DNA of 63,866 nucleotides, filler included, from Octopus bimaculoides (taxonomy: Eukaryota), in assembly GCF_001194135.2 (NCBI RefSeq). It is 6 parts of 6 records of this genome, joined end to end, with 100 filler letters (N's around TTAATTAATTAA, not from the genome) between each part and the next. Parts side by side here need not be neighbours in the genome. Positions count along the whole stretch, not along the records: positions 1 to 19,909 come from NC_068995.1; 5 more parts are not named here. One strand, given 5' to 3'. The notes beneath the pieces are model-generated. The model was not told where the DNA came from. It did no database searches and saw nothing but the letters and a program-made list of their open reading frames with translations. The position numbers and the translations under genes were made by a program. Numbering within the stretch: position 1 is the stretch's first letter; each line of letters starts with the position of its first letter. Of the stretch, positions 1 through 13,782 are shown piece by piece.

Positions 1-247
1 ATAGATAGATAGATAGATAGATAGAAAGATACATATATATGCATATTTGAGTGTGTGTGTGTGTGTGTGTATGTGTGTGTGTTTGTGAGTGTGTGTATAT
101 GTATATATAGAGTGGGTGTGTGGTAAGAAGGTTGCTTCTCAGCCACATGGTTCCGGGCTCAGTTCCTTAGGTATCTTCTACTATAGCCTCGGGCCGACCA
201 AAGCCTTGTCAGTGTATTTGGTAGACGGAAACTGAAAGAATCCCGTC

Positions 248-310
<63 letters not shown>

Positions 311-1631
311 CACTCACACACAATGAAAGAGAGTGAAAGACTGACAGACAGACAGATAGAGAAATACATATAAGTGTGTGTATGCATATTATGCAGCGAT
401 GTTTGTATAAAAGTGTTTGCGTTATGTTCCATTTTGTTTTACTATGCGAACAGCCACGTGACGTAATGCCGCTGTTAAAGCATTGGTTATTCTCGTAAAA
501 TATAGGACAACTCTTATTCTCCCAATTAAGAAGGCAACGAATATATGTTTGTTTAATTTATTTTACTAGTAGTAGTAACATGACACAAGACCGTTACAGA
601 TCATGGGCCTAGTTTTCGTACACCTGACGTTAGGACATGCAAGCATTATTAATATTAAACTGGTTGGCTATAGAAACTCGATCAATAATTGCAATGCTGG
701 TGCAGAATTGCGGGTACTCCGTAATATTTTGACGCAATCATTATAGAAACAAATACCAAATAATGCTTCATCAGTTATACGTTAATATTGTGTTGATTCT
801 TCCCAGGACAATGAATAGTTTATGCTAATTACCCTATGGGAGAATGCTGTCTCAGCTTCTCACAGTAAATAGATTGAGTTTTTGAAAGAATACGTGACAG
901 AATATAGATCGCTTTTTTTTTTTTTTTTCTTATGCATACCTGAGATAAACCTTTGTTCAGTGGCGCCTCAAGTATACATTGATGCAAGGATAACATTTCC
1001 TTACAAATATTATGTGTGATTTATTTTTATTTTCTTTCTGTTCTTTTTGCTTGCTTTTAGTTTATTTATTTATTCTTTTTTTTTATTTTTTGTATTTGTT
1101 TCAGTCATTTGACTGCGGCCATGCTGGAGCACCGCCTTTTGTCGAGCATATCGTTGACACCAGGACGTATTCTTTGTAAGCTTAGTACTCATTCTATCCG
1201 TCTCTTTTGCCGAACAGCTAAGTTACAGGGACGTAAACACACCAGCAACGGTTTTCAAGCGATGTTTGGAGACAAACAGACACAGCTAACGACCTACACT
1301 TTTTTCTGCAAAATAGGAGTAGTTTATCCTGTTCAGGCTATATTATTAGCATTATTCTGCGATTGAGAATTTAAAATCAATTCTTCAACTTTCTNNNNNN
1401 NNNNNNNNNNNNNNNNNNNNNNNNNNNNNNNNNNNNNNNNNNNNNNNNNNNNNNNNNNNNNNNNNNNNNNNNNNNNNNNNNNNNNNNNNNNNNNNNNNNN
1501 NNNNNNNNNNNNNNNNNNNNNNNNNNNNNNNNNNNNNNNNNNNNNNNNNNNNNNNNNNNNNNNNNNNNNNNNNNNNNNNNNNNNNNNNNNNNNNNNNNNN
1601 NNNNNNNNNNNNNNNNNNNNNNNNNNNNNNN

Positions 1632-1662
<31 letters not shown>

Positions 1663-2739
1663 GCATACGTTGGTCGTGGTGGTGACGGCGGTGCTAGCGA
1701 ATCTCCGTCGTTCGATCAAGTGAATTACCTGTTTCTGGTTTAACGTCTAATTGGTTGAGTATTCAACAGTCATTTGAACCATTACTTCAGTTCTCCGACA
1801 GACGTACGGCAACAAACAACCCACTAGTTTCCATCTACCCATTTTCGCTTACAAGGTACCAGACGGACCGAAGCAACGGAGAATGATGTTTGCTGAAGAT
1901 GTTACGTTTTGAGATCGAAACCGAAAGCTAATTGTTGTAGAACGAACTTTTGAAATATTCTGCCATATTGCGCATACTGTGTATCTGTACACAACTGCGA
2001 AACTGTTCGTCGAGTTACAATTTTTATTCTCTTAACCGAAGCCAGATTAGCAGATGTATCATTGCCGACATGGTCGACTAGTATCCTTTAGATGTTATGA
2101 CCTTATATGGCTGGAGTGCAGTAGCTGAAATCACTAAATGCAGTATCGCTAGTTTGTCTCTATAACAGGTTTAGAAATATGGAAGAATAATAACTTCATG
2201 TAGTCTATGATGTGTGATCAATCTTCCGTAAATACACACACACACAAACACACAAACACAAGCACACATGCCTTCATAACAAGTTCGACTTCAGCTAGTT
2301 CTCAGAAGTTACACATGTGCAATGATGGAGTTTAACGAACCAGAAACATGTGTGGAGTTGTCTTTGCTACTTACTGGTTAAGTAAAAAGAACTGTATCGA
2401 AAGAAAGAAAGAAAAGTAATAAAGAACGTTTCAGCAGATATCCACAAGTAATATTTCCTCTTTCCGCATATTTAAATCTGCATTACCGTTTAGCTAAGTT
2501 TGCATCAAATAGGCTTTCAGTAAGATATATATGTATGTATGTGTATATATATATATATAAAAAAACAAACACACGCATATATATATATATATATTGATAT
2601 ATATACATACATATATACATACATACATGTATATGCATACAAACACATACGCATGCTGGTAGAAGGTGAGAGAGTGAAATAGTTATTAATTAATAGAAGC
2701 TAAATTGAAATATTGTTTGATGGAGAGGGAAAGAGAGAG

Positions 2740-2762
2740 AGAGAGAGAGAGAAAGGTGAATG

Positions 2763-2828
<66 letters not shown>

Positions 2829-3025
2829 CAAATTCGTTGTGTATGTGTATATGCATGTATGTGTATGAGTGTGTTCGTGAAAGGAAGAAACAGAGAAAGA
2901 GAATAAGAAAGGAAAAAAGAAAGAACGAAGGAAATATAGGACGAAAGAAAGAAAGAAAGAAAGACAGAAAGAAAGACAGAAAGAAGGAAGGAAGGAAGGA
3001 AGGAAGGAAGGAAGGAAGGAAGGAA

Positions 3026-3078
<53 letters not shown>
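2740..3078. repeat. Compound microsatellites (GA)n, (GATA)n, (AAGG)n, (AAAG)n running into a gap; representative of dozens of (TA)n, (CA)n, (TATG)n, (GATA)n and (AAT)n tracts in the window
   Basis: Seen directly; most N gaps are flanked by such tracts. Confidence 0.9.
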
Positions 3079-3793
3079 NNNNNNNNNNNNNNNNNNNNNN
3101 NNNNNNNNNNNNNNNNNNNNNNNNNNNNNNNNNNNNNNNNNNNNNNNNNNNNNNNNNNNNNNNNNNNNNNNNNNNNNNNNNNNNNNNNNNNNNNNNNNNN
3201 NNNNNNNNNNNNNNNNNNNNNNNNNNNNNNNNNNNNNNNNNNNNNNNNNNNNNNNNNNNNNNNNNNNNNNNNNNNNNNNNNNNNNNNNNNNNNNNNNNNN
3301 NNNNNNNNNNNNNNNNNNNNNNNNNNNNNNNNNNNNNNNNNNNNNNNNNNNNNNNNNNNNNNNNNNNNNNNNNNNNNNNNNNNNNNNNNNNNNNNNNNNN
3401 NNNNNNNNNNNNNNNNNNNNNNNNNNNNNNNNNNNNNNNNNNNNNNNNNNNNNNNNNNNNNNNNNNNNNNNNNNNNNNNNNNNNNNNNNNNNNNNNNNNN
3501 NNNNNNNNNNNNNNNNNNNNNNNNNNNNNNNNNNNNNNNNNNNNNNNNNNNNNNNNNNNNNNNNNNNNNNNNNNNNNNNNNNNNNNNNNNNNNNNNNNNN
3601 NNNNNNNNNNNNNNNNNNNNNNNNNNNNNNNNNNNNNNNNNNNNNNNNNNNNNNNNNNNNNNNNNNNNNNNNNNNNNNNNNNNNNNNNNNNNNNNNNNNN
3701 NNNNNNNNNNNATATCACAGAAAACAACACAATCATACAGACACATACACACATCCACACACTCCCACATACACACAACCTGCATCGTCCAGC

Positions 3794-3827
<34 letters not shown>

Positions 3828-4739
3828 GTAACTGCATTGCCGCTATCAACACCTAGATCAATAACAACAGAAATATGATGACCGAAAGGGCCATACCATA
3901 CAGGTTAAATACTTAACTTTGCGCAGCAACAGCACTAACAAACATCAAGAGCGACAATAACAACAGCAACAACAACAACAACAACACAAATAATGATGGC
4001 GGACTTAACAACAACAATAAGCAAACAGCGTTTGATGCTCCACGCCGAAACATATACTTACATTCTCGCCTACATACACACGCACATACACTCAAACGTA
4101 CACACACATATGTACACTTCGTCAAACCTGAAAAATATAGAAATATATATAGAGAGAGAGATAAACTGAAAGGGCAAACAACCTCACAAGCATCAACTAG
4201 ATCAGAAAGTCTATAGTTTGCTGTATACACATTAAATAGGGAGGGAAGAAAAAAACAGAAAGAAAAGGAAAATATAAAAAAAAAAAAGAAGGTAAAATGC
4301 TGTGTGGACAAAATTTACTGAAGTTTTATGAATAATCAAATTGGAAGAATGTTTTGACTTCATTTAACCTAATAAGCCTTTCCGCATTCGAAGCTGTTCG
4401 ACTGGAAACTGGCCTTGAATACATAGCTTTTATGCAAAACTTAAATCTAGCCATATCGCTTTATATATAAAACACGTTGGATTCAAGCCAGTGTTTGTAA
4501 TATATTCAAACAGTCGTTCGTTTGCTCCCAGGCTGTCCCCATGTTCAATGGTGAATGTTCAATGCTTAAATGGTAAATGGTAAATGGTAAATGGTGCAAC
4601 CGTGAATAGAGAATATTGCATGCTATGATGCTAAAATCTACAATGGCGGCGTATAGTCGTTGACGGAGGTCTTTTGAATGGCATGTACACAACACACATA
4701 TCAAACTTTTATTTCCCTATCATTATGTATGTATGCATG

Positions 4740-4797
<58 letters not shown>

Positions 4798-6370
4798 NNN
4801 NNNNNNNNNNNNNNNNNNNNNNNNNNNNNNNNNNNNNNNNNNNNNNNNNNNNNNNNNNNNNNNNNNNNNNNNNNNNNNNNNNNNNNNNNNNNNNNNNNNN
4901 NNNNNNNNNNNNNNNNNNNNNNNNNNNNNNNNNNNNNNNNNNNNNNNNNNNNNNNNNNNNNNNNNNNNNNNNNNNNNNNNNNNNNNNNNNNNNNNNNNNN
5001 NNNNNNNNNNNNNNNNNNNNNNNNNNNNNNNNNNNNNNNNNNNNNNNNNNNNNNNNNNNNNNNNNNNNNNNNNNNNNNNNNNNNNNNNNNNNNNNNNNNN
5101 NNNNNNNNNNNNNNNNNNNNNNNNNNNNNNNNNNNNNNNNNNNNNNNNNNNNNNNNNNNNNNNNNNNNNNNNNNNNNNNNNNNNNNNNNNNNNNNNNNNN
5201 NNNNNNNNNNNNNNNNNNNNNNNNNNNNNNNNNNNNNNNNNNNNNNNNNNNNNNNNNNNNNNNNNNNNNNNNNNNNNNNNNNNNNNNNNNNNNNNNNNNN
5301 NNNNNNNNNNNNNNNNNNNNNNNNNNNNNNNNNNNNNNNNNNNNNNNNNNNNTATGCATATATATGTATTTATGTACGTAGGCATGTGTCGCCCGATGTA
5401 TACAATGATAGTGTGCTCGTATGAGAGTGTTTATAGATGTGGTTTTCTGGTAAACTATACATTTGTATCGTGGCATTAACATGCAGCTGTGAATGTATAT
5501 TTCTATTATGTATATATGTAAGATTCAATGTCGAATGTACGTATCTAACTACATATATATTTTGTTATTCTTTCTTTCCGTCATTCGATGGCGACCATCC
5601 TGAAGCATCATCTTAAAAGGTCGAACAAATCGACCTCCCTACTTATTTGTAAGTCCTTTATTTATTCTGTAACTTTCTATTGCGAACCACTAAGTAAATT
5701 TAACGATATCCGTCATCAAGCGATGACGGAGAACAGATACATAGACAAAAGCAAAGACAAACATGATATACAGACATTTGTAAACACTCCAACACATATA
5801 CGCGTATATAAATATGCATGTATATATATGTGTTTGTATACATACATATATACATACATACATGGATATCCGTAATTGCATAATATTTTTATTTGTGCTG
5901 TTAAATGTTTTAATTCGGTCTGTTTTCCTCGCATACTGTTTTTATCTGTTATATTGGTGCGCTACGGTAGATTATTTAAGACTTGGCTCTTATTTCTAGC
6001 AGGTAGTTGCTCATTAAGCATCATAACGATATTTCATAGCTCGATAAAGCTATCATAACTGCGTTCCACCAATGCTACTACTGGTGATATCATCAAATTT
6101 TGAATTTATCCACAGATGATATGAACAGTAGTGACATCTAACTTCAAATCTCAGTGTTTGAATATTTCATTTAAATATATATATATACATATATACCAGA
6201 CATGTTCTTTTCTCTTTCTCCATTCTTTCGTTTTCTCTCATTTCTTTCTCTCGAAAAGCGTAGGCTCGAAACGTCAAGAAGACTTTTTCGTTTTTCTCAA
6301 GCGTCAAAATAACGAACTAGTTTCTTATTCCTACACATGTCTGTCTGTGTATATATATATATATTCTATT

Positions 6371-6724
6371 ATTCTTTTACTTGTTTCAGTCATCTGAGTG
6401 CAACCACGCTGGAGCACCATCTTATGGCGTTTTAGTCGAACAAATTTACCCCTGGACTTATTGTTCCTAAGCCCAGTACTTATCGGTCAGTTTTGCCAAA
6501 CCGTTAGATTACTGATGCATAAACACACACGCCCACATCGGTTGTCAAGCGATGGTAGGCGGACATTGTATACGTGTGTGTGTCTACGACGACCTTCTTT
6601 TAATTCCCATCTACCAAATCCACCCACATGGCTTTGGTCAGCCTGTGGCTATAGTAGAAGAAAGTGAGACTGTACCCGTAACCATGTGATTGGAAAGCAA
6701 GCTTCTTACTACACAGTCACGCCT
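6371..6724 (-). mobile_element. Near full-length family A SINE, reverse orientation
   Basis: Reverse complement of the same head and tail. Partial copies also lie at about 110-250 (+), 1075-1290 (-), 14850-14955 (+), 21606-21665 (+), 26595-26760 (+), 45742-45905 (+), 48050-48235 (+), 52330-52590 (-), 61161-61300 (-) and 62830-62930 (-). Confidence 0.8.
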
Positions 6725-7432
6725 GGATAGATGGCTGTATTTATATGTGTATATACCTGTGTGTGCATACATTTGTAGATTCGTTTGCATACTTACAGAG
6801 AAAGTTGTGTTTATTCCCCACACACACCATGGAAATCGAATCTCGAATTTACAGACAATTGGCGCACCAACCCAAACATGAACACCAACACCAACACCAC
6901 TGCCACCTCCACCGTAACCACCAACATCACTGTCATCGTGCACCCCCCATCGACGTTCGTGCTCTCTCTATTATAACACAGCATGCTTATTGCTCCACTC
7001 AAAATAAGCTAACCGCCGTTCTATTTATCGTATTCGATCAATCTATTAAAAGATAAACGATAGTCCCCGTCAATACCAACACTGCACAGATTACACCACC
7101 ACTTGTGTAATGGAGATCGATAGATTTCTCTCTCTATCTTGCTAATTAGACTTAATTGATTAGATTTAGTTAACTAATGAGGCGTCAATTAGAAAGCAAT
7201 AACAGACAAATACGTAGCCATAAACAATGATATGTTAAGTTTATAGAATTTACAGCGTTTAACAGACTAATTAGTACAGTTCAATGGGATATAGCGCCGT
7301 TTAATAAATGATATTATACTTTCAGGTGGTAAATACGATGAAGTTGCTTGACTGCTCTGTCAATCTATATTTCTATACAGTTATTAATCTGTCTGTCTGC
7401 CTATCAATCTCTCTCTCTCTCACTCTCTCTCA

Positions 7433-7493
<61 letters not shown>

Positions 7494-8277
7494 GGTCTAT
7501 ATGTCTGTCTGTCTANNNNNNNNNNNNNNNNNNNNNNNNNNNNNNNNNNNNNNNNNNNNNNNNNNNNNNNNNNNNNNNNNNNNNNNNNNNNNNNNNNNNN
7601 NNNNNNNNNNNNNNNNNNNNNNNNNNNNNNNNNNNNNNNNNNNNNNNNNNNNNNNNNNNNNNNNNNNNNNNNNNNNNNNNNNNNNNNNNNNNNNNNNNNN
7701 NNNNNNNNNNNNNNNNNNNNNNNNNNNNNNNNNNNNNNNNNNNNNNNNNNNNNNNNNNNNNNNNNNNNNNNNNNNNNNNNNNNNNNNNNNNNNNNNNNNN
7801 NNNNNNNNNNNNNNNNNNNNNNNNNNNNNNNNNNNNNNNNNNNNNNNNNNNNNNNNNNNNNNNNNNNNNNNNNNNNNNNNNNNNNNNNNNNNNNNNNNNN
7901 NNNNNNNNNNNNNNNNNNNNNNNNNNNNNNNNNNNNNNNNNNNNNNNNNNNNNNNNNNNNNNNNNNNNNNNNNNNNNNNNNNNNNNNNNNNNNNNNNNNN
8001 NNNNNNNNNNNNNNNNNNNNNNNNNNNNNNNNNNNNNNNNNNNNNNNNNNNNNNNNNNNNNNNNNNNNNNNNNNNNNNNNNNNNNNNNNNNNNNNNNNNN
8101 NNNNNNNNNNNNNNNNNNNNNNNNNNNNNNNNNNNNNNNNNNNNNNNNNNNNNNNNNNNNNNNNNNNNNNNNNNNNNNNNNNNNNNNNNNNNNNNNNNNN
8201 NNNNNNNNNNNNNNNNNNNNNNNNNNNNNNNNNNNNNNNNNNNNNNATGTATATACATGTACAATTCCTTTTATATA

Positions 8278-8310
<33 letters not shown>

Positions 8311-9227
8311 GAGAATGTACGAAAAAAACAACAGACGAGGACAGGTGGTGTAAACAACAAAAGGAATATATTAGTTTGACGCTCGGGAATACAGAAAGTC
8401 TTTAACGTTTCGAGCTACGCTCTTCAACAGAAAGAATACGGAGAAAACAAGGAGAAAAACACGGAGACAAAAAATTGGATGGACTTTGGTCAACGATCTA
8501 TCATGTGGTTGGTACGCGCACACACTTATATACGTGTTTGTATATGTATGTATTTATGTATGTATGCATGTATATATACATATCTTTCCGTTTCAGCGAC
8601 CATTGAACTGCTTTCTAATGTCGTGTAATTTGGGCACGATCGGACCATTTAGCAACTGCTGCATAACTATTACATAGCCACTGTACTTCAGCTTTAATCG
8701 TTATTGCAAAATATCTGCTAATTCAAATACATTACCGTTCCTTATGTTAACTATATTAATATTAATATACCAGGTGATGATGATATTAATACTAATGTAC
8801 TTTGCTGCAGACTGCAGTTCACTATACCAGTATTAATAGAAGTAATTATAAAAACTTGTTAACTTGCTAACTATTCAATTGTACAATGCATTATAATTTA
8901 AATGTTATTATAAATAAATTCAATTGTAATCAAATTACTCCATATAACAGTACACATGTTAATTAAAATAAAACCTTAGTTAAATAATGAATTAACTACG
9001 CCTTCTATCATCTTTATGGCAAAATTGTTTCTAGACTATGTACAAGTCCTGGAATTTAGTTTAGGCGGTTAACTCATGGCGTCGACTCCATTGATATCAT
9101 TAGCGATATTTTATCGAAACCAAAAAATTGCAATGCTAGTTTCTCACTGTTGAAATTTGAACAAAGTGCGTTAAGAGCCGAATGAAATACATCAAGGCAC
9201 TTTCCAACGCACTACCAATTGCATCAG

Positions 9228-9305
<78 letters not shown>

Positions 9306-10292
9306 CTTCTCTCTCCTCTTTCTTTTTCTCTTCATTATATAATTGTTTTTGATTTAGTTACAAGGCCGAAAAATTTTGATTCTGCCAGTTTGTTCCTCCG
9401 AAAAATTTTGAGGTTATGGGATTAATCGATACTATTGCTTCGAGTACTTAGTCTATCATTTTATTGAACTCAAAAGTTTGAAAGCAAAATTCGCCACCGA
9501 CGGGACATAAAATTATTGAAACAAACAATACAAAGCATTTCTGATACTCTGACGATTCTGCCAGTTTGTTCCTCCATCATATAATTTCAATAATCGATGG
9601 GCTGAATGAACATTCAACAACAAATGCCTTACAGTACAGCGTTTCAAAGGTTTGCGTTTTGTGTCAAAGATTGCTGAAGCCACCATTGAATTCCATTTTA
9701 CCGGGAGCGTCGATATTTTAGCATCGCTCGAATACTAGGCTAGTTACCCCCTCTCTCGTTGTCACTCTTTGTCTCCTTTCCTCTCCCTCTTTCTCTCTCT
9801 TTCTCATGTACGCTACATTGTAAAAGGGTTTTGGAGTCTCCACTCCTAGGGCGCCTTTCTTCAAGGGGATGTGATGCACTTAGGTCAAGCAATCTCATTT
9901 CATTGTGAAAGCCACAAGACCTGTGAAAAGAGAACGTAACAAGAGCGCTGAGACCGATGTTGCATTATAGAACGGAATGCTTATTTTTACAAAATGCGTA
10001 CAATGATTGACGCCACTATTTTGCTTCTGCTTGTGTACTTTCTTGCTGTCGTCACAGTATAACGGAATGGTTGTAAGTTCGCAGTGCTATATTGGTGTCA
10101 GACGTTCGATCCCACAGCGTGGTATCTTCGGCGAATATGACTTTTTATGGCCTTTCTTTGGCCTATCCCGCGTGAGTGAAATCATGCAAAGGGAAACTGT
10201 GAAGAATATCATCGTGCATTGTACATGTAATTCTCAATGTAGAGTCCTGTCAAACCATCACCCTGATTTCTTTCGAGAATTATCTCCCGGGT

Positions 10293-10472
10293 AGCGAAAG
10301 AGCATGGCTTAGTGGTTAGGATATTCGGCTCACAATCACAAGGTCGTGAGTTCAATTCCTGGCGGTGCATTGTGTCCTGGGCAAGACACTTTATTTCACG
10401 CTACTCCAGTTCACTCAGCTGGTCGTCCAGCATGGCCGCAGTCAAATGACTGAAACAAATAAAAGAATAAAA
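10293..10472 (+). mobile_element. tRNA-derived SINE with a different head (family C) but the family A tail
   Basis: A box TGGCTTAGTGG (10305-10315), B box GAGTTCAATTCC (10348-10359), CORE-like tgtgtcctgggcaagacact, then ccagcatggccgcagtcaaatgactgaaac. Reverse-strand relatives lie at about 21080-21230 and 23570-23720. Confidence 0.7.
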
Positions 10473-10497
10473 CAATACATATATGTATGTATGTATT

Positions 10498-10532
<35 letters not shown>

Positions 10533-11264
10533 NNNNNNNNNNNNNNNNNNNNNNNNNNNNNNNNNNNNNNNNNNNNNNNNNNNNNNNNNNNNNNNNNNNN
10601 NNNNNNNNNNNNNNNNNNNNNNNNNNNNNNNNNNNNNNNNNNNNNNNNNNNNNNNNNNNNNNNNNNNNNNNNNNNNNNNNNNNNNNNNNNNNNNNNNNNN
10701 NNNNNNNNNNNNNNNNNNNNNNNNNNNNNNNAGAGAGAGAGGTGGAAAATAAATAAATAAATAAATAACGAAAGGAAGAAAGAAGGAAGGAATGAAAAGA
10801 AGGAAGGGAGTTGGATGCATATGTATATATTTATGCGTGTATATATTTATGCGTGTACATGTGTATTGGTGTGCTTACCTAAATCAAAATAAGCCTGAAG
10901 TCATAAAGTTATTACTTCATCACAGAGAACAAAGCAAAATAAAAACTGGATTCTGATTGTTTGTACATTTGTAATGTTGGTTCACCATCGCTCCTATCTC
11001 TAGGTCATGTGTTGCACCAAATTATAACTAATTAATTACCTATTATATAGTTAATTAGTCTGTGCATGTTATGTAAACTCGAAAGTAAGGCATGAAATAT
11101 TATGAATACAGAGGCGAGGTAATTACAGGTGACAAGCGACATTTGTTCATAAGCCTTGATATTGCAGTCATTTTGTATAATGTTTGTCATGGATAAACGC
11201 CCGAAATGTCTGTTTCAATTCGGGATAATTTTCAAAGCAGTGTGAATGTGTGTATATATATATG

Positions 11265-11303
<39 letters not shown>

Positions 11304-11668
11304 GATAAAAAGTGGGCAATGAGACCGAAAGAGTACGATGGATGAAATCGCCGTGAGGAGTGAAATATCCAACTTTTCTGACAGAATCCTTCTTCAGTGT
11401 AAAATTTACAAGACAGACTTTGTCTAAGGCGTTCGATATTCTTTTACCTACAATTTCACAGTACTTTTGAGTCGCTTTGTCCAAATAGCACAAGGTCTTG
11501 CTGACCCAATTCACAATGCATTGTTTCCCAGGCAAAATTTTATTTGTCAAATGTTTGTCCGATTTATGATTCATCGTGTAAATGAATTGTGAAGATCGCG
11601 TCATTGACCAGAAGAGCTGACTGGTGTTTCTCCAAATATTCAAGTATTGCGTAATAATAATTTTCGTA

Positions 11669-11707
<39 letters not shown>

Positions 11708-13742
11708 TTACAATTATGCAAGTAAATCGCTGCCTTTCGTCCATTAACATTTTTCCAGCTTTTCGTTTCTACTGCCACCAGTGTATTATTAGTAAATGCT
11801 TCGAAATGATGAAGAGATAACCTGTAGAGAAACCATTGACAATATTCCTGTTTAGAGATAGAAAATTTAGAAATCAGTGATTGATCTTTGACGATAGCAC
11901 TTTATCATCATCGCTAGGATGTTGCAGCCGTTGATTTGCTGCCATCTCCAGGTTGTAATTTTGAAAAGATTAAAAATTTAACTGAGATTTCTTTAAGCAA
12001 TAAAACAATAATATTTGAGGTACGGAGCAACTTCTGAATTCCAAAGGTAATTATATCTCTACTACATTCTTCAATAAACAAGGACCACTTTTAAGGCTTC
12101 TTCTCTGAAAGTTTGTTTTTGCTGCCTTTCAACGGTTTCAAATTCCGAAACGACTATGACCATTTTCTAATAATACACTAGATCTTATGTAAATTATAAT
12201 TTTACTTTATATATTAAAATCGAATAATTTTTAATATTCAAATTCTATCCTTAGCTGCAATATTTTAAGCAAAAATGTTCTTGTTCCGTACATTACCAGA
12301 TGTAATAACTTGTCCTGAACTTTTCAATGTGTAATAACTTGTCCTGTATTTTTCCAGATTTATAACCTTAAGAATGTTATTTCTCTTGCTCGCATCTTTC
12401 CATGTAGTCCATGTTTTTTTTTTTCCAGAGAATGCTATTATGCTAATTAATAACGTGTCAAATGTGTCAATTAGCAGAGTCGTTCATAATTGTTTCCTTA
12501 CCTCAATGATGCCGGTGACATATATTAAAAGACCCCTAGAACTATATTCATAAAAAAGTATACTTCTACATTATCACCTTCAAATTTGAGAAACAAACAC
12601 TCATAACTTCTTTTCTTTTAAAACTTCATTGCATGAGATTGATATCATGAAATTCCTCGAATTGAGCTCTATCTTTTAAGATTAATTAAAATATAGTTTG
12701 TTTTTTTTAAATAAAGAAAGGTTAATTATACTTATCCAAGTTTTTGTCTTACTTTATTTTACCTTACAACTTTTCTGATATAGATTTTTGTTGCATAGGA
12801 TCAAAACTATGACATTCTTCACGCTTTCTTCTATCATTGAAGCTAAGATATATATATATTTTGCTTTTAAACTAAAAAAGTGATTCCAATCTAAATTTGA
12901 TTGGTGGCGTTACTTACTGTCCTACAAAGTCACTACAAATTTTGATGTAGACTTGTTTCTACCGGATCAAATCTCAATCTTTCATGCCAAAATATAAGTA
13001 GAGACCAGTTGACTTGAAAAATGTTAAAGGTTTTCCATTTGATTAAGAACTGAATTAGCAACAAGCTCTGAATGAAGCTGTGAGTGAGTAAATTGATGCC
13101 ATAAGAAAATTATTCACCTACTACCGTAGTTGAGTGATTGTGGAGTACAGCACTTGATGGCTAATTTAGCAAAAGTTGAGGGTAATTTGAAAAACAAAAC
13201 TGGCAGCGATTTGCAGCAAATCAGGCAACCACATGAAAACATTCTGCGGACACCGATTTAATTCAGGTTATGAAGGTTTTCTTTCTCATATTAATTTCAA
13301 ACCTTAATTATGAATTCATTACAAAGCTAACTGATTACTTTTAAAATATTTCTGGATTACAAAAAGAAATTAGCCTAAAGAGAAAAGTTCAGTGGTTAAA
13401 TTAATTTCAATATGGGCCAAGGCTCATGTGTACAGAAGCAAATAATGAGTGTCTTTACGTGTAAGTTTGTGCATGTGTGCTTACGCCAGTGAACACATAT
13501 AGAAACATATATGCATATAAATACATGTATATACTGTACATAGGTACATATACCTATATATATATAGGTGTGTGTGTATACACACACACACACACACATA
13601 CACGCATGTTAATAACACTTATATGTAGGTGCTTTCTCCTTGGGCCAGGAGGAACTGATGTCGTCAGACGGTATCCAACGTTCATCGGATATTTCGACCC
13701 AGAATCCTAACACCCTCTCGTTGGTGGGTCAGCAGAGGTGGC

Positions 13743-13782
<40 letters not shown>

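Noticed and set aside
3790-4020. (CAG)n and (CAA)n runs as a polyglutamine exon
   Set aside because: Interrupted by TAG/TAA in the Gln frame, with no splice sites or surrounding coding sequence.
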